A DNA stretch of 64,000 nt from SAR202 cluster bacterium. GTDB lineage: Bacteria; Chloroflexota; Dehalococcoidia; Lucifugimonadales; VGZY01. Position 1 is the stretch's first letter. The number at the start of each line of letters is the position of its first letter. Below are positions 28,103 to 36,447 of this stretch, piece by piece. A model generated the notes under the pieces. The model did no database searches. It saw only the letters and a list, made by a program, of their open reading frames with translations, and had not been told where the DNA came from. A program made the translations under genes and the position numbers. The stretch is taken from the NCBI GenBank assembly GCA_016872355.1, contig VGZY01000002.1, forward strand, positions 4,484 through 68,483. The letters are read 5' to 3'.

Positions 28103-30085
28103 ATGGTGGCCTCCTTTTCGTGGCCCCGCCCCGTCACGGTCCCGGGAATACAGTCGTTCAGGGCCACAGAGGTCACGCCGCCTCCCGCCTGGGCGCTGAT
28201 GGAGCGCAGGCTCTTCAAGCTTATTGAAGAGTCTTGCGAGCTTGCCGCATCCAGGTACTCTCGGCCGGACGGCAACTGCTACGCAATCCACGATGTAGAC
28301 GACACCTACGAGAGCCGCTCGATGCGTGGCCTTTTTTATGCCATGGGCGGAAGCGACCGGATGCTGGAGATCGCATACCGCTCCTGGGAGTCCACGACGG
28401 CGCTCTACAGCGACGGCGTGGCCCGCAGGCCGGACGATCCTGCCTTCACGAACCCTCGGTTCAGGCCGCAGCTTCATAACGAGTACTATACGGACGCAGG
28501 CCCCTACGACTGGTTTCACATGGGGGAAGGAAACCAGTCTTTCTACGACTTCGGCCTGGCCGACCCCACTAACCCGCAGATGCACGCCCGCGCGCGCCGT
28601 TTTGCCGGCCTCTACCTGGGTGAGGACGCATCCGCGCCGAACTGGGACCCCGTTCACAAGATAATCCGCTCCACGTTTCACGGCTCTCTCGGACCCAAGT
28701 TCAAGATGGAGCCGGATAGGACCAGGTTGTACCTGGACCCGGTCTATGGAAAACCCGAGCAGAACCGGGGATACGCCCAGCGCACGAACCTGCATCCCGT
28801 AATCAAAGACCTGGACAATAACTGGTTTGACGACCCTGCGCGCCGCGAGGAGGTCTGCCGTCTCTTTGACGAGATTATCCTGAACGGCGATGTCCCGGAC
28901 AACCTCATCTGCACCGCCCTCATCACGAACGCGTACCTGTACACCGGTGATGACAAGTACAAGAAGTGGGTCCTGGACTACACTGAGGTCTGGTTGGAGC
29001 GCGCAAGGGCAAACGGCGGGATTATCCCCGACAACGTGGGGCCGACCGGAAAGACGGGTTAGAACCGCGGCGGGCAGTTCTGGGGCGGGCTGTACGGCTG
29101 GAACAGCCGCTGGTCCGGAGACCACATCATGATGGGGGCTGTCATCGCCTCCACCTGCTCGCTGCTCCTAACCGGGGACTATGGCTACCTGGAGCTGATC
29201 CCCGGCCAGATAGAGGCCCTCGTCAAGATGGGCAAGGTGCGCGAGGACGGCCACCTGCTCATACCAACCCGAATCACCGAGAAGGGCTGGACTGAGTACA
29301 AGACCTTGTGGGTGCGCGAGCTGGCGCACCTGTACCACGCATCGATGGCGCCGGGCGACCGCGACCTTTTCAACCGCCTCTACAAGGGTGACAAGGAGAG
29401 CAACTGGCGAGAGATCAGGCCTGAGCCGGACCGCCGGAGCGGGAACTCCGAGCGGGCGCGCTTCCTGTACTACGAGGGAAAGAACGCGGACTGGTCTGTG
29501 ACCATCCTTTCCTCCGAGTACGAGCAGGTGCTCAAGCAATTCGAGCTTATGGTCAATGACCCGCGGTCTACGGCGGAGATAGCCAGGGACAGCCGGTGGC
29601 CGGCCAACCCGTGTGTGGTGAAGGGCCTGACGCAGGTCACGATGGGCGCTCCGCAGACGATCTACAACGGCGGGCTGAACCGGGCTACCGTACGCTACTT
29701 CGATGCAGACCGCGCCCGCCCCGGCCTGCCGCCGGACGTTGCCGCACTGGTGGACAGCCTCGGCCGGGACCACGTGGGCGTCCACCTGGCAAACACCAGC
29801 CGCACCGAGACTCACCGCCTGATCATCCAGGCGGGAGCGTTTCGCGAGCACGAATTCACCCAGGTGGGGGTTGGGGATCCTGGGCTGGGGGCTGGCTCTT
29901 CTCTCCCCCCTCGGGGGAGAGATACAGAGAGGGGGTCTTCGCCCCCCCTCCAAGTCAACAGCAAGCACTTCGAGGTTGTCCTGCCGCCTTCCGCGAGCAT
30001 TCGGATCAACGCCGGGCTGAAGCGCTTCTCCAACAAGCCCAGCTACGCGTTCCCCTGGCATGGGGACAAGGCGCCGGTGATTTAG
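28103..30085 (+). pseudogene. paralogue 1 of the unrecognised ~650-700 aa family, interrupted by one in-frame TAG
   Basis: Track ORFs 28103..29062 and 29129..30085 are in the same frame and contiguous. TAG at 29060-29062 sits where the four other paralogues have Glu, in the motif GPTGK[IV]GE[KN]RNGQWWGG. Confidence 0.8.
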
Positions 30086-30110
30086 ATACGGGATTACGGG
30101 ACAGAATGCA

Positions 30111-30142
30111 GTGTAGCTGCACAGCATGCTGTGCAGCTACAC
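30111..30142. terminator. perfect 32-nt palindrome between convergent genes
   Basis: GTGTAGCTGCACAGCA|TGCTGTGCAGCTACAC lies between the paralogue 1 stop (30085) and the corrected stop of the repeat protein (30174). Confidence 0.5.
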
Positions 30143-30173
30143 GGCCCGCACTCTTCCAGGCACCACGAGGCGG

Positions 30174-31650
30174 CTACGGCGCTCCGCCTGACGGCGTGTC
30201 CGTGAACCACAACGATTCAATGTAGAAAGGCGGCGGCACGTCCCGGCAGCCTCCTGCACAACCACTCGCGTGATAGTTGTGTTCGCGCCTCCGAGGTCGG
30301 CCAGCGGGATGCTTACCCAGTACCAGCCCTCCGGCCCGAGGTCAGCGTACTCGTTCATAGCGACGCGCCGTATTGTCCGCCCGTTCGCGTCCCGCATTGC
30401 CACGATCAGCTTCGGCAGCGGGCTGCCGTTGGGATTAATCACGAAGTCAAAGTGAGTATATGGCGTGGTGTTGAAGGTCGGCTTGCGAAGCTGCAGCCCC
30501 GCCCACCCCCTGTTAAACCTCACCTCCATCGACCTCCCGCCCGTGAGGACTGGCGACAGCGCCCTCGGGTCAACCTCCGCATCCCAGCTCCAGTTATCCC
30601 AATGAAGGTCCTCGTCGTAAACGAACCGATCGGTGGAAGGCCCCGGCGGCGCGCCTTCCAACCGCACGAAACGCAGGTCGTCGATATAGAAAGGCGACGG
30701 CGTTATGCCCGCCCCCTCCTGCACCACCACACCGGTGACTGTCCGGTCTCTCGCTCCGAGCTGTTCGAGCGGGATGGTGACCAGGTACCATCCGGCGCTC
30801 GTCGGCCGGGAAACCGCATATATGGATACACGATTGATCAGCCTGCCCGTGCTGTCTTTGAGGCCGATTCGCAAGTCAGGCAACGGGTCCCCATTCGGGC
30901 TGATAAAGAACTGCAGGTTCGAGTACGGCGTCGTGTCGAAGCTCGCCCTGTGAAGCTGCAGCCCGCCCCCAAGCCTGGTGAACATCACGCCAAGGGACTT
31001 CGTCCCCACGTAGACCGGAAACTGCGAGATGGGGTTCACGGTCGCGTCCCATCTCCAGTTGTCCCAGCGGAGCGACTCGTCGTACACGTCGTGCGCCCGC
31101 GACTGCGGATCGCTCGACCCGACGAAGCGCATGTCATCTACGAAGTAGGTTGGCTGCGCAGCCCCGGCGTTTTCCTGAATGGTCACCCGCGTGATGGTAG
31201 TGGCTACTGCGCCGAGCTCGTTCAGCGAAACTGCGACGGTGTACCAGCCGCCTGACGTTGGGTCCATGTAGATGCCGGCCGGATGCTCTTTATGATCCCC
31301 CCGCTGCTGTCGTGCAGCATGACGCGAAGATCCGGAAGCGGCCTACCTTTTGGATGGAGCGTGAACCGGAGGTGCGTGTACGGCCCGGCGTAGAACGGGG
31401 CCGGCGCATGGAACGATAGACCGGCCCAGGCCGCGTTGTGTGTCACGGCCATCGATCTGGAGCCTTCAAACACCGGCGATGTGCCGGCGGGGTCCACGGT
31501 CGTGTTCCAGCTCCAATTCTGCCAGTACGCCGCGTCATCGTAAACGACGCCCGAAGAGAAGTCCGCGCGCGCCGAATCGCCAATCGCCGCGGCCGCGAGC
31601 GCCGCCACTGCGAGCACTGCGGCGACCAGAGCCTTCGAAGTCCATCCCAT
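30174..31650 (-). pseudogene. secreted protein of three ~150-aa CBM-like beta-sandwich repeats, with two frameshifts
   Basis: Signal peptide MGWTSKALVAAVLAVAALAAAAIG. The repeats share VYDExLxWDNWSWD...TPY..L.F.I.P.G.PLP.L...L.D..G......GWY.V.IPL..LG....ItrVvvQE.AG...PFYIDD.RFV. One frameshift is near 31273-31282 (CCGGCCGG). A second near 30235-30245 restores ...QEAAG-VPPPFYIESLWFTDTPSGGAP* ending at 30174. The length of 1477 nt equals 493 codons minus 2 nt. Confidence 0.7.
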
Positions 31651-31787
31651 GCTCCACCGCCTTCCCTACCACCCTCATGGCCCTTATGCGCACATAATAG
31701 GCCCGCCGGCAACGGTCCACTTCGTACAAAGGCAGTATGGGCGCCAACTGCCGGACTAGTTTGAATCCAGCAAGAACTTTCGCCGGC

Positions 31788-31815
31788 TTGAAGAATTCAG
31801 GCCGTCGTGTATAAT
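31788..31815 (+). promoter_or_regulatory. sigma70-like promoter candidate for paralogue 2
   Basis: TTGAAG (31788-31793), 16-nt spacer, perfect TATAAT (31810-31815). Confidence 0.5.
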
Positions 31816-31872
31816 ACGGCCCTCCCGCCCACCCGGCGTCTGTCCGACAAGCACCTTTCATGGAGAAGATCA

Positions 31873-33873
31873 ATGGCAAGGGTTTCCATGCCCGGACTTC
31901 ACCGCGTAACCGCTACGGAGGTCGCGCCCCCGCCCACATGGGCCCTGATGCAGCGCCGCCTGTTCAAACTCGTCGAGGACGCAGGGATACTCGCATCCGA
32001 AAAGTACGCGCGCCCCGACGGCGGGTGCTACTCGGTCCACGACGTGGACGATACGTATGAGAGCCGTTCCATGCGCGGGATCTTCTACGCTATGGGCGGC
32101 GGCGACAAGATGCTGGAAATCGCCCACAAGTACTGGAACTCCTCCACCGCGTTCTACAACGACGCCACCGTCCGACGACCCAGCGACCCCACGCACCCCA
32201 TGTTCATGGTGCAGCTCCACAACGAATACTGGAACCACGCAGTCCCATTCAACGCGGACTGGTTCCACATGGGCGAGGGCAACCAGTCGTTCTACGACTT
32301 CGGCGTCGCCGATCCTACCAACCCGGACATGCGCCGGCGCGCGAACCGCTTCGCCGAGATGTACATCGGCGATGACCCTGAGGCGCCAAATTACGACAAG
32401 AAGCACAAGATCATCCGCTCTCCCCTGCACGGCTCCGAAGGGCCGCTCTTGCACGCGGACGTTAAGTACCGGCTCATTCACGAGGACGGCCACACCACCG
32501 GGGCGCTGGAGCTCGTGCGCCATTGGCTTGATTCGCGCTCGCTCGGCGATTTCGGCCACAGGCGCTCGCGCCTGGTGGACTACAAGCCCAGCGACAAGCC
32601 GCTGGTGACGCCGCTCCACCCCATCGTCAAGGAGCTCGAGCCGCTCTGGTTCGAGGACCCGGCGCGGCGCGACGAGATAATGAAGCTCTTCGACGACATC
32701 GTCCTCAACGGCGATGAGCCCAGCAACCTGTGCACAGTCGCGCTCGTTACCAACGCCTACCTGTACACCGGCGACGCTAAATACAAGAAGTGGGTGCTGG
32801 AGTACACCGGCGCGTGGCTGGACCGGATCAAGAAGAACAAGGGCATCATCCCGGATAACATCGGCCCCACGGGCAAGATCGGCGAGAAACGCAACGGCCA
32901 GTGGTGGGGCGGCCTCCACGGCTGGATGACCGCTGGCGCGTCCGACCGCATGTTCATCTCCATCACCATCGCGGCCGAGCTTGCCCACCTGCTGAGCGGC
33001 GACGCCGGCTACCTGGAGGTCCTGCGCTCACAGATCAAGGTGATGTTCGACAACCACAAGATTCGCGACGACGGACAGATTATCTTCCCCACGCAGCACA
33101 ACGAACAGGGCTGGGGCGGCTACGGCCCAATGCGCCCGCGCCGGGGCATCTTCCACCTCGCGCACCTCTACCACGCCTCGTTCGCGAAACAGGACTACGA
33201 CTACATCGTCCGACTGCGCGAGGGGGAGCGCGAGATCGACTGGAACGAGGCGCCGGTCATTGGCGACCGCGGCGGCGCGGGAAGCGAGTACAGCCGCTTC
33301 CAGTACTACGACGGCAAGAACCCCGACTGGCCGCTTAAGACCCTTACCGCGGACTACCAGGACGCGCTGGGACACTACGAGTTCATGATCAACGACCCTC
33401 GCGACACCGCGGCGATAGCCCGGGACGCGAAGTGGCCGCCGAACCCGGTGATTGTCAAGGCGCTCATCCAGACGACGATGGGCGGTCCGCAAACCATATA
33501 CAACGGCGGGCTGAACCGCGGCAACGTCCGCTACTTCGACGAGGACCGCGGCCGCCCCGGCCTCCCGCCGGATGTCGCCGCGCTGGTAGACAAGCTGGGC
33601 GACGCCAACATCGGCATCCAGCTCGTCAACACCAGCTCCACCCAGACGCGCAAACTGATCGTCCAGTCCGGCGTCTTCGGCGAGCACACGTTCACGGAGG
33701 TAAGGACCCAATCGGCGGGCAAGGAGCCGGCGATTGTGCCGGTAAACGGGAAATATTTCGCGGTGACACTCCCACCGTCCACGAGCATCCGCCTGGACGC
33801 CGGCCTGAAGCGGTTTTCAAACGACCCGAGCTATGCGTTCCCATGGCACAACGGCAAGGTGCCGGTGATATAG
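31873..33873 (+). CDS. paralogue 2 of the unrecognised family (666 aa)
   Basis: ATG 31873 is preceded by GGAGAA; the track start 31807 lies inside the promoter. It carries all family motifs (TATEVAPPPTWAL, DDTYESRSMRG, QLHNEYW, HKIIRSP, NAYLYTGDAKYKKWVLEY, GPTGKIGEKRNGQWWGG, RFQYYDGKNPDWP, YNGGLNRGNVRYFD, SYAFPWH). Confidence 0.8.
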   Translation: MARVSMPGLHRVTATEVAPPPTWALMQRRLFKLVEDAGILASEKYARPDGGCYSVHDVDDTYESRSMRGIFYAMGGGDKMLEIAHKYWNSSTAFYNDATVRRPSDPTHPMFMVQLHNEYWNHAVPFNADWFHMGEGNQSFYDFGVADPTNPDMRRRANRFAEMYIGDDPEAPNYDKKHKIIRSPLHGSEGPLLHADVKYRLIHEDGHTTGALELVRHWLDSRSLGDFGHRRSRLVDYKPSDKPLVTPLHPIVKELEPLWFEDPARRDEIMKLFDDIVLNGDEPSNLCTVALVTNAYLYTGDAKYKKWVLEYTGAWLDRIKKNKGIIPDNIGPTGKIGEKRNGQWWGGLHGWMTAGASDRMFISITIAAELAHLLSGDAGYLEVLRSQIKVMFDNHKIRDDGQIIFPTQHNEQGWGGYGPMRPRRGIFHLAHLYHASFAKQDYDYIVRLREGEREIDWNEAPVIGDRGGAGSEYSRFQYYDGKNPDWPLKTLTADYQDALGHYEFMINDPRDTAAIARDAKWPPNPVIVKALIQTTMGGPQTIYNGGLNRGNVRYFDEDRGRPGLPPDVAALVDKLGDANIGIQLVNTSSTQTRKLIVQSGVFGEHTFTEVRTQSAGKEPAIVPVNGKYFAVTLPPSTSIRLDAGLKRFSNDPSYAFPWHNGKVPVI

Positions 33874-33897
33874 GGGTACGGGGTATGGGGTATGGGG
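33873..33897 (+). repeat. (GGGGTAY)x4 run: canonical G-quadruplex motif starting in the stop codon of paralogue 2
   Basis: taGGGGTACGGGGTATGGGGTATGGGG has four G4 tracts with 3-nt loops. Confidence 0.7.
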
Positions 33898-34339
33898 CAA
33901 CAGCCGTAACAGTCGGCACCCTCACCCTTCGGCCAGAGCGCCGAAGACCTCTCCCGTCGAGGGAGAGGTAAGAATGGGTCAGGCAGCCACCTAACCCCTA
34001 CCTCCCTATTCCCCCGATGAAGCATAGGGGTCATGCGGGATCCAAGGACCTTCCCTGAGAGGGAGGGGTTCTGAGATAGGCTGCAAAGCCGCCTCTACGC
34101 GAGTCTGAGGGCGTAGCCCTCAGTGGGGCACGGGGCGAAGCCCCGCACCGGGGTCTGGGGCGGAGCCCCAGGGCTCTATTCCCCCCCTCTCCGTGTACGG
34201 AGAGAGGGGGCCAGGGGGAGAGAGGTCGGGGCGGTGTCCGGCCCCACGGGCGAGGTCACCATTCACAGATTCGCCGCCCGACCGGCGTCCCCAAGCGTCG
34301 CGCCGTCGCCATTCGATTCACAACTATCCGGAGGCTCCA
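33898..34339. repeat. intergenic cluster of GC-rich palindromic (REP-like) hairpins
   Basis: CTTCGGC..GCCGAAG, CCTCTCCC-gtcga-GGGAGAGG, CCTTCCCT-gag-AGGGAGGG, CTGAGGGC-gta-GCCCTCAG, CGGGGC-gaa-GCCCCG, CTGGGGC-gga-GCCCCAG and CCCCCCCTCTCCG-tgta-CGGAGAGAGGGGG. Confidence 0.7.
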
Positions 34340-36379
34340 ATGTCCGCAAGTGTTCCAGGGCTCGTGACTATCACCGCAACGGAGACAGCGTCGCCGCCGG
34401 CGTGGGCGTTGCTTGAGCGCAAACTAATTTCAACGATGGAGGACGCGGCGCGCCTAGCCCACAAGAAGTACTGCAATTCCGCAGGCCTCCCCTACTACGT
34501 ACTGGACACGGACGACGTCTACGAGAGCCGCTCCATGCGCGGCCTCCTGTACGCAATGGGTGGCGCGGACGACCTCCTGGACATCGCGCTCAAGGAGTGG
34601 AACGCCATCACGCGCTACTACGACGACGGGATCAAGCACCCGGACGACCAGCCCACCCACCCCATGTACATGGCGCAGCTCCACAACGAGTGGTGGAACC
34701 TCGCCATCCCGTACAACTCCGACGCGTTCCACGAGGGCGAGGGCAGCCAGTTCTTCTACGACTTCGCCATGGCGTCCCCCAACAACGCGGAGATGTACCG
34801 CCGCGCCAAACGCTTTGCCAACATGTACATTGGAGACGACCCCGAGGCGCAGAACTGGGGCCCGAAGCACAAGATCATCCGCTCGCCCATGCACGGCGGC
34901 AGTGGGCCGTTCCTCAAGAACAGCTTCACCACGCACAAACTCATCCACGTCGGCGGCCACACGACCGGAACGCTGGAGTTCGTCCGCGAGATGCTTGAGC
35001 GCGGCTCAATGGGCAACTTCTCCCACCGCACCGGCCTGGGCGACAAGCCCGGAAACAAGCCGCTGACGACGACGCTCTACCCCATCGTCAAGGACCTGGA
35101 CCCGCTGTGGTTCAAGGACGCCAAGCTGCGCGACACGATTCTCCAGCTATTCGACGACATTGCCCTCAATGGCGACGACCCCGCGAACCTGGGGTTGACG
35201 TCGCTCGTCACCAACGCGTACCTGTACACAGGCGAGGAGAAGTACCGAAAGTGGGTGTTGGAGTACGCGGACGTGTGGCTGGAGCGGCTGAAGAAGAACG
35301 GCGGCATCATGCCGGACAACACCGGCCCTACGGGCAAGATCGGCGAGAACCGTAACGGCCAGTGGTGGGGCGGCATCCACGGCTGGAACACCGGGGATAA
35401 GGGCGGCCTGGACAAAATCTTCATCTCCTGCGCCGTCGCCGCGGAAAACGCCGTGATGCTGAGCGGGGATGTGAAGTACCTGGACCTCCTGCGTCTACAG
35501 GTCAAGTACCTGCTGGACCGCGCCAAGACGGACGAGAACGGCCAGCTGCTCGTCGGCGCGCGCCACGGGCCGGACGGCTGGGGCGCCTGGCAGCCGATGC
35601 GGCTGCGCGAGCTGTCGTACATCTACCACGTCTCGATGAGCAAAGAGGACTACGACCTCATTTGCCGCCTCCGCGAGGGCACGCGCGATATGGACTGGAA
35701 CGCCGCGCCCGTGGAAGGCGACCGCCGCAGCGGCAACTCGGAGTTCCCGCGCTTCCAGTACTACGACGGCAAGAACCCGGACTGTCCGGAGAAGATCCTC
35801 GCAGCCGACTACCACGTGGCGTTCATGCAGTACGACGCAATGCAGCACGACACGCGCGACACCGCCCAGATCATCGAGGACAATAACTGGCCGCCCAACC
35901 CAGTCGTCGTGAAGGGGCTCATGGAGGTCACAATGGGCACGCCGCAGACGCTGTACAACGGCGGCCTGAACCGGGGCACCGTTCGCTACTTCGACACCGA
36001 CCGCAACCGCCCGGGCCTGCCGAGTGACGTGGCCGCGCTCGTGGACAAGCTCGGCCCGGACGTCGTCGGCATCCAGCTCGTCAACACCAACCCCACCGAG
36101 GCCCGCAGGCTTATCGTGCAGTCCGGCGTGTTCGGCGAGCACCAGTTCAAGAGCGTGAGCTACAACGCCGCCGAGGTCGCGTTCAAAGACAACAACCCCA
36201 AGCAGCGGGCCAGGGCCGAGCGGACGAAGGTTGAGCGCTCCCTGCCGCTCGACTCGAAGTACGCCGGCGTGGAGCTGCCGCCGGGGACGTCGATACGGCT
36301 GGACCTCGGGCTCAAGCGGTTCGCGAACAGGCCCAGCGCGGCGTTCCCCTGGCACGGCGGCACAGTGCCGCAGGAGTAG
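34340..36379 (+). CDS. paralogue 3 of the unrecognised family (679 aa)
   Basis: ATG 34340 is preceded by GGAGG. The track start 34193 would translate REP hairpins. All family motifs are present. Confidence 0.8.
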   Translation: MSASVPGLVTITATETASPPAWALLERKLISTMEDAARLAHKKYCNSAGLPYYVLDTDDVYESRSMRGLLYAMGGADDLLDIALKEWNAITRYYDDGIKHPDDQPTHPMYMAQLHNEWWNLAIPYNSDAFHEGEGSQFFYDFAMASPNNAEMYRRAKRFANMYIGDDPEAQNWGPKHKIIRSPMHGGSGPFLKNSFTTHKLIHVGGHTTGTLEFVREMLERGSMGNFSHRTGLGDKPGNKPLTTTLYPIVKDLDPLWFKDAKLRDTILQLFDDIALNGDDPANLGLTSLVTNAYLYTGEEKYRKWVLEYADVWLERLKKNGGIMPDNTGPTGKIGENRNGQWWGGIHGWNTGDKGGLDKIFISCAVAAENAVMLSGDVKYLDLLRLQVKYLLDRAKTDENGQLLVGARHGPDGWGAWQPMRLRELSYIYHVSMSKEDYDLICRLREGTRDMDWNAAPVEGDRRSGNSEFPRFQYYDGKNPDCPEKILAADYHVAFMQYDAMQHDTRDTAQIIEDNNWPPNPVVVKGLMEVTMGTPQTLYNGGLNRGTVRYFDTDRNRPGLPSDVAALVDKLGPDVVGIQLVNTNPTEARRLIVQSGVFGEHQFKSVSYNAAEVAFKDNNPKQRARAERTKVERSLPLDSKYAGVELPPGTSIRLDLGLKRFANRPSAAFPWHGGTVPQE

Positions 36380-36409
36380 GGTACGGGGTGAAGGATAAGG
36401 GGTAAGGGG
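36379..36409 (+). repeat. G-rich GGGGTA-type run at the stop codon of paralogue 3 (G-quadruplex candidate)
   Basis: taGGGTACGGGGTGAAGGATAAGGGGTAAGGGG has four G runs of at least 3. It begins with the same TAGGG(G)TACGGGGT as the sequence after paralogue 2. Confidence 0.55.
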
Positions 36410-36447
36410 TACAGGATATAACGAATCACAAAAAGAGGTCACAACAC

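Noticed and set aside
29060-29062. TAG as pyrrolysine or programmed read-through in paralogue 1
   Set aside because: There are no pyl genes or PYLIS-like context in the window. The codon replaces a Glu that is invariant in four paralogues and is reachable by one substitution, and neighbouring motif residues are also degenerating. A nonsense mutation is the simpler reading.
33873-33897. Short tandem GGGGTAY repeats as a mini CRISPR array or telomere-like repeat
   Set aside because: The 7-nt period has no spacers, which is far too short for CRISPR. There are no cas genes, and the sequence lies in the middle of a chromosome between genes. I treated it as a G-quadruplex-type motif instead.
34193-34339. 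Track start of paralogue 3 at 34193 (MYGERGPGGERSG...)
   Set aside because: This segment is the translation of REP-type hairpins. The family N-terminal motif (TATE..PP.WAL) and a GGAGG RBS place the start at ATG 34340. Likewise, 31807 for paralogue 2 lies inside a TTGAAG-16-TATAAT promoter.
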